Positions 57,472 to 64,000 of a stretch of 64,000 nucleotides of DNA are shown here, piece by piece. The stretch spans positions 9,786 to 73,785 of the forward strand of contig DATDRP010000006.1 of assembly GCA_035291665.1 (NCBI GenBank). Direction: 5' to 3'. The notes under the pieces are model-generated. The model ran no database searches. It was not told the DNA's origin and was given only the letters and a program-made list of their open reading frames with translations. Positions within the stretch are counted from its first letter, which is position 1, and each line of letters starts with the position of its first letter. The translations under genes and the position numbers were made by a program. This DNA is from Patescibacteria group bacterium. GTDB taxonomy: Bacteria; Patescibacteriota; Microgenomatia; UBA8517.

Positions 57472-59192
57472 TTTATTCTTTTGTAGATAATGACTTTCGG
57501 ATGGTCATAGACTGTAAATGCTTCTTCGGACCGGTCGTCAGGAATAGGTATGTTAACAAACGGAATAGTAGGATAGGAGGTAATTTCTGCCACTTTAATA
57601 AATTGAAGTTTTCCGTTAAAAAGATCATTGTAAAATTTTGAAGTGATAGGATATTTTTCCGGAACTTTCGGTATTGATCCCCACAGACGGTTTGAAGAAA
57701 GGATCAAATAATCGATACTTTTAAGCTGAGAATTTATTTTTTCCCATTTTTCCCGCGACTCCGGATTAAAAAGTTCGAGCGTCTCGGTTTTATATTTTTG
57801 AGCATAATTGGTTACGTTTAATGTTAATGGCAGGCAATCGTCCCAATATTCACAGGAAACCGTTGAACCTTCAGGAATATATTTGTAGATCCAAGCTGAT
57901 GCGGAAACCCTTGAGTGGGGGCGGCTGTAAATCTGCACGAATGACAAGGGCCAGACAAGAAGAAGTAAGTAGTAGGCAGTAAGCAGCAGGTAATTATTTT
58001 TCATTAATGGGAAAAGGTGTTTTATAGAAAAATATGCGATCACAATTGCATATAGCGGATACGCGGGGTAAAAATACCTCATACTTGGGGCGGATTGGAT
58101 ACTTTGATATCCGGTTAAAATAGTTATTGATGAAATTAAAAGAAATATCTGCAATTCCTCAATGCTTAAAGTTTTTAAATTGTTAATGGAGAATTTTCGC
58201 CTGAAAATTTTTGCTAGTTTTTTTAGAATACCCATTGATAAATACACAAACCCCCCAGTAAGCAATAGTGTTTGAGGTATTCCGATACCCCAAATAAATA
58301 TATTTTTCAGAGAGAAGAAAACAGGATTTATTTTTATCCACTGAACGTTCGGAGGAAAATATGTATCCGGATCGCTGAAATTTTGAAGCTGTTTTAAGTT
58401 GTTTAAAAAATTTAGATTAATTTTTGGAACAAATAAATTGTTTGAGAAGACGTGGGGATCAAGAAATCGGTATGCCAAATATGCAATAATCGCTGTAAGC
58501 AGTAAGCAGGACACTGTAAGTGAGAACTTCTTCTGTTTAGTTAAATGAATCAAATACCCCAATAAGACAATTGGAACAAAAAGGATTGCGGAAACCTTAC
58601 AGGCAAATGCTGCCCCCAGCGATAATCCGGTTAAAGCTGGATAAATTATATTTTTTGATTTTACGGTTTTCAATAAAAAGAAGAGTGAAAGAGTCATAAA
58701 GAAGGTTAGCGGCGGATCGACGGTGAAGAAATGAGAAAGTTGTATTGGAAGAACTAAAGTTGCATATACAAACGCGGATAGTAAAGCGGTCTTTTCATTA
58801 AAAATTAAATTTGATATCTTGTAGACGAGAAATAAAACTCCGACATCAAACAAAACGGATAAAAGCCTTCCTGTCAGGGCGATATTATTATAGCTGTAAT
58901 TATCGAGTATCAATATTTGCGACAACCGCTTATTAATAGTTGTCGGTAGGGTTCCGTATACAAAAAAATCGTACCCCTGATTATTAGGGTTTAATGTTGA
59001 AATTGAAGGATTAAGATAAGATGATAAATTATTTGGCCAATATAAAGCACCCACAACCATTGTTAAAAATCTTTCGTCAGGATGAAGATGCTGATTTTGA
59101 TCCCAGTTTAAACCAACAATCCGTAAGGTTAAGGAAAAAATTATGATTACCAACAACAGGAATTTGTTAGACAGTTTTATTAAGGATTTCAT
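57468..59192 (-). CDS. GT-C membrane glycosyltransferase (GT39/PMT_2-like)
   Basis: LNWDQNQHLHPDER, FFVYGTLP, QLSHFFTVD, EEAFTVYDHP. Confidence 0.85.
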   Translation of the reverse strand: MKSLIKLSNKFLLLVIIIFSLTLRIVGLNWDQNQHLHPDERFLTMVVGALYWPNNLSSYLNPSISTLNPNNQGYDFFVYGTLPTTINKRLSQILILDNYSYNNIALTGRLLSVLFDVGVLFLVYKISNLIFNEKTALLSAFVYATLVLPIQLSHFFTVDPPLTFFMTLSLFFLLKTVKSKNIIYPALTGLSLGAAFACKVSAILFVPIVLLGYLIHLTKQKKFSLTVSCLLLTAIIAYLAYRFLDPHVFSNNLFVPKINLNFLNNLKQLQNFSDPDTYFPPNVQWIKINPVFFSLKNIFIWGIGIPQTLLLTGGFVYLSMGILKKLAKIFRRKFSINNLKTLSIEELQIFLLISSITILTGYQSIQSAPSMRYFYPAYPLYAIVIAYFSIKHLFPLMKNNYLLLTAYYLLLLVWPLSFVQIYSRPHSRVSASAWIYKYIPEGSTVSCEYWDDCLPLTLNVTNYAQKYKTETLELFNPESREKWEKINSQLKSIDYLILSSNRLWGSIPKVPEKYPITSKFYNDLFNGKLQFIKVAEITSYPTIPFVNIPIPDDRSEEAFTVYDHPKVIIYKRIK

Positions 59193-60795
59193 ATAATTGC
59201 TGTTCAGGCATACCTACGGTCTTTTTGTATATTGTGACAACCGGATGGTCAAAAACAGTGAACGTTTCTTCCGAATTTACCTCATCATTATAGAATAGAT
59301 TAAAAGAACCGATTTTTAGTTCCGGAAATGAAGATAGACTGGCAACTTTATTAAAACCGAGTTCACCCGAGAATAATTTCTTGTAAAAATTAGCTACATG
59401 GGGGAAGTTTTCTTTATTGTGATTAAGATATACCCGCCTGCTTTGAATGATAAAATAATCAGCTTTTGACAATTCCCCAGAAAGTTTTGAGATATTAACT
59501 CCACTTTCTTCAAGGTTGTAAAAATCAAACGTGTTTTTGTAATAATTTCCTGCAAGCGGGACTTCTAAAGTATTAGCCCCTTCTGTAAGGATAGATGAAT
59601 TTTCAGGTATATTTTCGTTTATCCAAGACGTTGCCTGAACGCGGACATCACTTTTTAGATAGATTCCAAAAAACATAAATGCCCAAATGATTGTTGGGAA
59701 AAAATATAAGATAGCAAAAGGCAACAACACTCCATTTTTTAATTTGCTTCTTACAGCAAAATATGCCCAAACAGAAAAGACAACAATCAAAGGAAATGCC
59801 GGATTTATAAATCGGGTCCATTTTGCAAAAAGGAATGAATTAGGGAAAAATAAAATTGCAAAATACGAAAGAACGATAATAAGAATTCTTTCTTTTGCTG
59901 GATTTTTTAGGATCATGAATGTTGCCAAGAGAAATCCAATGATAAAAAATATAAGAACAGTAGGACCAACCGTAAATGGAAGGATTTTTGTCAGTTGAAA
60001 TAATAGTGGTTTTGTATTTTCGAAAGACCTTGTGTAAAAAACCGGTAAGCTGCCCGTTGCCACTCCGCTCTCATAAGAAATTACTCCGGAAAAATTTTGA
60101 AAATCCAAAATACTGTATGGAAAACTGATGAAAAATGTGATGAACATACTGACAAAAAAGACAACCGTATCCAGCAATTTTTTAAGTAAACCAAGTCTCT
60201 CGGAAATAATAAATACAAATATTAAAGGGAAAAGGGTGAGGCCTGTTATTTTGGTACCGGTTGCAAAACCCAAACAAGCTCCAGCCGCCGCGAGATGATA
60301 AATTGATTTTGACTCACAAAAACTCAAATAAAAGAATAAGGTTGTTAGTAAAAAAAACGTTAATGTTGACTCTGGCGTCAGAAAATGTGCTTGCTGAATT
60401 GCTCCCGGGATCGTGGCCATAACAAACGCCGTTGCCAGGGCTAACATCTTTTTTTTGAAAAGCTTTTTCGACACAAGATATACGATTGGTATGGTGAGAG
60501 TCGAAAACAAAGCACTATAAAATCTTCCTATAATAAAGGGGCTTATTTGTGATAGGTGCGGAAGCGTTAAAACGAGAATTTTTTGGGTTGCATAAATAAG
60601 ATAAACAATAAAAGATCCGTAGGAAAAAAGTTGAGGATTGAGATTTTGAGAACTTAATCGGGAAACTGCGATGACGATGTGATATTCATCAGGATGGAAG
60701 TAATACCCCTGACCCCAGTTTAATTTATAAAAGCGTAAAAATCCTCCAAGCAATATTATTGCGATTAATAAAAATATTCGGGTGATTTTTTTCAT
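59167..60795 (-). CDS. GT-C membrane glycosyltransferase (GT39/PMT_2-like), paralog of neighbour
   Basis: LNWGQGYYFHPDE, FSYGS, QQAHFLTPE, EETFTVFDHP. Confidence 0.85.
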   Translation of the reverse strand: MKKITRIFLLIAIILLGGFLRFYKLNWGQGYYFHPDEYHIVIAVSRLSSQNLNPQLFSYGSFIVYLIYATQKILVLTLPHLSQISPFIIGRFYSALFSTLTIPIVYLVSKKLFKKKMLALATAFVMATIPGAIQQAHFLTPESTLTFFLLTTLFFYLSFCESKSIYHLAAAGACLGFATGTKITGLTLFPLIFVFIISERLGLLKKLLDTVVFFVSMFITFFISFPYSILDFQNFSGVISYESGVATGSLPVFYTRSFENTKPLLFQLTKILPFTVGPTVLIFFIIGFLLATFMILKNPAKERILIIVLSYFAILFFPNSFLFAKWTRFINPAFPLIVVFSVWAYFAVRSKLKNGVLLPFAILYFFPTIIWAFMFFGIYLKSDVRVQATSWINENIPENSSILTEGANTLEVPLAGNYYKNTFDFYNLEESGVNISKLSGELSKADYFIIQSRRVYLNHNKENFPHVANFYKKLFSGELGFNKVASLSSFPELKIGSFNLFYNDEVNSEETFTVFDHPVVTIYKKTVGMPEQQLYEILNKTV

Positions 60796-60890
60796 AACAA
60801 TTCATTTTAATCAAAAGATTTACGTTTCGCGAGTATACATAATAATTGTTAAGTTAAACCCATTTGAGGTTTTGGGAATCCGGAATGGGA

Positions 60891-61382
60891 TTAAGATTTG
60901 AGAAGTTTTGTCGAAACGGAAAGAAGAATAACTCCTGAACCCAAAAAGATTAATGTATAACTACTGTTTCCGGCATCCGGAAGGTTTCCTTTTGAAGTTT
61001 GCGGAAGTGACGTAGGGAGCGGCTGTGTTGTCGGAACAAATGCCGATGTGGGTTTGGCAGTTGGAGTAATTGGTGCATTAGTTGGGGTTAAGGCTGGTTT
61101 AACGGTAGGAAGTAAAGTCGGCGATACGCTTGCCGTCGGAATAGCGGTTGGTACAAGGGTTACTTGGGGAATGACAATCGGAGTAGGACTTGGTGCTTGT
61201 GCCACCAATCCTGAAGTCGGGGTAATTGTGGTTGAAGAGGTAACCTGCTCTTTGTTTTTTAAAAAAAGGTTATAAGCTGCAAAACCACCGATACCGGTGA
61301 ATATTATTAAGGACAGAATAATAAGAAAAGGGATGATGCTCCTTTTTTCCTGAGGTTGGATATTTTGTATTTCATTTGGCAT
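60891..61382 (-). CDS. Pro/Thr-rich surface protein with LPxTG-like C-terminus
   Basis: N-terminal TM, PT-rich stalk, LPDAG followed by a hydrophobic segment and basic tail. Confidence 0.75.
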   Translation of the reverse strand: MPNEIQNIQPQEKRSIIPFLIILSLIIFTGIGGFAAYNLFLKNKEQVTSSTTITPTSGLVAQAPSPTPIVIPQVTLVPTAIPTASVSPTLLPTVKPALTPTNAPITPTAKPTSAFVPTTQPLPTSLPQTSKGNLPDAGNSSYTLIFLGSGVILLSVSTKLLKS

Positions 61383-61398
61383 GATGATTTTTTAATTT

Positions 61399-62205
61399 TC
61401 AGATATCAGTAAGGGGAAAAGTTTCAGATTCGGGAACATAATCATCGGTTGCGTGAGTTGCGTTTTGGCGGTAATCGTATGAATTTTTTAGGATGATAGG
61501 TGGAATCGGTTTTGCAAGTTGGGGGTAAGTTGTTACAGATGAAATATTTTTACTGTTAGTGAGGATTTCCAATTCGACGAGAGTGTTTTTCTTGTCCAGA
61601 AGGATATAGGAATTTAAATCTTTGGTGTGTGCAGAAGAAATAAGAATTGCCCAAGTTCCATCCCTATCGGTTTGAGTTGATAAAAGCGATCCTCCTCCGA
61701 CGGTTGCGTAGACAATCGCTTTTTCCTGTGGTTGTGCGTTGTCAGAAAATACCTGTCCGTAAATTACCATGCTTTCATTCAGATTGATCGTTTTTGTGGC
61801 AGTCGTGAATTGAAATGGTTGTTTTTCGTTATAATAATCAATTCCCTTTGAATTAATTACAAAAAAATATTTCTTCCCCTCGTCTAAATTATCAAGTTTG
61901 AAATAGTGGGTTGTTCCGGTGCTTTCATCTTCGGGGAGAATTGTTTTATCGATGAGGTACTGAGTTTGTCCGTATCTAATAAATCCAAAAGTTTCCGTGT
62001 CTGTTGTCCATGAGATATTTACCGAATCTTCTGTAATATTTGAAACCCTGATGTTGGCAGGAAAAGTATTTTCATTAGCCCCCAAACGGAAAAGCTGTTT
62101 ACCATTTATTATAAAAACACCCGCCGCAACACCAATTATGAGTGAAATTATTCCGACCACAGTCGGGATTTTGCTTTTTTTATAAACTGTCGGTTTGTCT
62201 TTCAT
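61399..62205 (-). CDS. Membrane-anchored fibronectin type III-like protein
   Basis: IRVSNITEDSVNISWTTD...THYFKLDNL...YFFVI. Confidence 0.8.
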   Translation of the reverse strand: MKDKPTVYKKSKIPTVVGIISLIIGVAAGVFIINGKQLFRLGANENTFPANIRVSNITEDSVNISWTTDTETFGFIRYGQTQYLIDKTILPEDESTGTTHYFKLDNLDEGKKYFFVINSKGIDYYNEKQPFQFTTATKTINLNESMVIYGQVFSDNAQPQEKAIVYATVGGGSLLSTQTDRDGTWAILISSAHTKDLNSYILLDKKNTLVELEILTNSKNISSVTTYPQLAKPIPPIILKNSYDYRQNATHATDDYVPESETFPLTDI

Positions 62206-62208
62206 GTC

Positions 62209-62523
62209 TTAAATTTCCGGTTGCGAACTTGGAGAAGCCGTCGGTGTTTCAGTCACATTTATAATTTCCTCAACTTCGATAGTGGTAGGTGTGGGAGTGG
62301 GAAGAACAATACTGCTTTTTTCAAAATAAACTCCCTTTTCTATCTCGGATAATGTGTCTCTGTCTAAAGTTGGAACTATAGGTGACAGAATTGCTTCGTC
62401 AACATTTATTTGGGGAGTTTTTCTGATCGCCCGATAGACATCAAAAAAGATCCAGGCGAATATCGTAATTGTTGTCATCACGGCCAGATTTACTAGTTTT
62501 GGTACCTTTTGTCTTCTTGTCAT
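62209..62523 (-). CDS. Membrane-anchored hypothetical protein in pil-like operon
   Basis: Single TM, PTPTPT tail; overlaps the stop of the pilO-like gene. Confidence 0.65.
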   Translation of the reverse strand: MTRRQKVPKLVNLAVMTTITIFAWIFFDVYRAIRKTPQINVDEAILSPIVPTLDRDTLSEIEKGVYFEKSSIVLPTPTPTTIEVEEIINVTETPTASPSSQPEI

Positions 62524-63194
62524 TTAATATTTTTATTTTCAGGTTTTCTATATGGAGATTGCAAATTTGAAAGACTGAGAATTAATTTTGTACGGTCAAT
62601 ATCCGGAACTGCATCAATTGAAATTGACTCAAATTTGATTGGCCTTCTCAGGTCTTCAATATCTTTTGTGAGTTTTATCAATTTTTCATAATCTCCTTCA
62701 GCCCCCATTGTAAAGGTTATAATGTCGGTGGTTTTAACAGTTTCCTCTTCCGATTTCGAATCAGGTTTTTCTTCCTCCCCCAAAAGACTTACATCAGACA
62801 TCGATAAGGTCGAAATTTTAACCTGGTCAAGGTACGCCAATTCCTCAATTTGAAGTAGTAGTTTTTCCGGACTTGGCCCTTCGGGAATTGCTTCATATAC
62901 CAATTTTATTTTATTTTCCTCTTCCGAGAATAGCTTTTGTGCCGTACTCAGATTATTGATTTTGGTTTTCATTGTCTCCAAAACTTTTTCTTTTTCGTCA
63001 ATTTCCCGTATCAGTATACCGATAGTTTTTAAGGTCGGGCGAATTGCAAAGACTCCGAATAAACTGATGGCGGTTAAAGTTAATAAAATTTCCAAATACG
63101 CCTTAAGTTCAGGTCTTTTGTTATATTCAACAATCGTTCTTCTTACCAATGATTTGCTTCTTATATAGCGTTCTCTCCAAGATAAGTCACTCAT
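62520..63194 (-). CDS. Type IV pilus assembly PilO-like protein
   Basis: TM, coiled coil, AIPEGP, GDYEKL...IEDLRRPIKFESISI. Confidence 0.75.
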   Translation of the reverse strand: MSDLSWRERYIRSKSLVRRTIVEYNKRPELKAYLEILLTLTAISLFGVFAIRPTLKTIGILIREIDEKEKVLETMKTKINNLSTAQKLFSEEENKIKLVYEAIPEGPSPEKLLLQIEELAYLDQVKISTLSMSDVSLLGEEEKPDSKSEEETVKTTDIITFTMGAEGDYEKLIKLTKDIEDLRRPIKFESISIDAVPDIDRTKLILSLSNLQSPYRKPENKNIK

Positions 63195-63748
63195 AGTTTT
63201 TTATAGTAGGAAACAATAGAAAATCTGAAAAAAGTTTGATTTTCATCTACAGCCAAAGCATCGAGTTTCACAGATTCAAATTTATCACTAGATTTTAAAT
63301 TTGCCAGATACTGATGAATTCCGGTTTCAGAAATTGAAACCCCTTTTACAGTGACTTTTTCGGAGTTTGAATCAACAGATTCAAAAAAAACTTCATCGGG
63401 TTTATATGCCACTGCTTCGATAATTCCATCCAATAAAAATCCCTTACCCTGTTTATAAAGATCGTATATCGCCAATTTTTCCTGAGTTCCTTTGAAGTCT
63501 TTCTCGAAATCGGATAAAGATAAGATCACGGCTTTTGAGTCATTGACTTCATCAGTCAGGTCTGTATTTTTTGCGTCAAGCCAAAAACGCGACAGGAATG
63601 CAAAAATGACAACCAATTCAGTGATGATTAATACCATCCTGAATGTTGTCAGTATCCAAAGAAGGACGCGACCGGACGTTGTTGCTCCAAGTCCCTCTCT
63701 CGGTAATAGATTTATTTGTGCTATTTTGGACTTTTTCTTGGCAGGCAT
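63191..63748 (-). CDS. Type IV pilus assembly PilN-like protein
   Basis: QINLLP, TM, PDEVFFESV, VKG...LKSSDKFESVKL. Confidence 0.8.
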   Translation of the reverse strand: MPAKKKSKIAQINLLPREGLGATTSGRVLLWILTTFRMVLIITELVVIFAFLSRFWLDAKNTDLTDEVNDSKAVILSLSDFEKDFKGTQEKLAIYDLYKQGKGFLLDGIIEAVAYKPDEVFFESVDSNSEKVTVKGVSISETGIHQYLANLKSSDKFESVKLDALAVDENQTFFRFSIVSYYKKL

Positions 63749-63933
63749 ATAAAACCGAGAGCAATAGAGTATTATTATAAAATAGTTCTGACAATATCCG
63801 CCTTACTTATGTTTACTCATGTGCTCTTGCTATCAATATAGCATATATCGAAGGCTGGAAGTAAGTTTTTTTGTTGCGAAAGCGTGTTGATAAATATTGA
63901 GAGCGGGTTGGGCGTAAACTGATTTTACTGAAG

Positions 63934-63999
63934 CTACTTTTTAACCTTTTTCGAATTTTTACCAGCTGTTTTGGGAAGCAGTTTTGATAGGCTGGACTT
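63934..63999 (-). CDS. Possible 3' end of a gene running off the window
   Basis: Open frame KSSLSKLLPKTAGKNSKKVKK* from the window edge; too short to identify. Confidence 0.3.
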   Translation of the reverse strand, partial: KSSLSKLLPKTAGKNSKKVKK

Positions 64000-64000
64000 A

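Noticed and set aside
2158-63752. Many 60-180 aa ORFs antisense to or overlapping clear genes (e.g. 2942-3346, 6182-6721, 8046-8381, 39882-40193, 40659-40967)
   Set aside because: Shadow frames of real genes, tRNA or repeats, with no motifs or initiation signals.
1-64000. Alternative genetic code or prophage
   Set aside because: Conserved genes end normally at TGA, TAA or TAG with no internal stops; no phage structural, terminase or integrase genes were seen.

Overview
AT-rich bacterial chromosome segment, genetic code 11. The gene repertoire (many GT-C glycosyltransferases, PEGA/FN3 surface proteins, PilN/O-like genes, FemX-like ligase, almost no central metabolism, frequent apparently leaderless genes) suggests a Patescibacteria/CPR genome, probably Microgenomates-like; this is inference. 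Recognisable content: groES-groEL and hsp20, each with a CIRCE operator; tRNA-Cys; alkA-like glycosylase; metG; rmuC; two UvrD-family helicases, one fused to an Fe-S nuclease; a FemABX protein; and two envelope glycosylation clusters (10-15.4 kb, 51-61 kb). Unexplained structure: (1) A near-canonical XerCD dif site at 15496-15523 is followed by a ~17-kb array of unrelated single genes. Most carry their own TGnTATAAT-type promoter 6-11 nt before the ATG, and they are separated by two families of short degenerate spacer repeats. No integrase is visible in the window. (2) Diverged copies of the last codons of alkA and groEL (and possibly of the hydrolase heading the array) lie just downstream of the intact genes. 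(3) Several families of miniature elements (IS200/IS605-end-like, REP-like palindromes, TIR MITEs, heptamer tracts) occur, many in frame inside intact proteins. Two ~51-aa ORFs missed by the ORF track were also found. All product calls come from motif recognition by eye; no database search was run.
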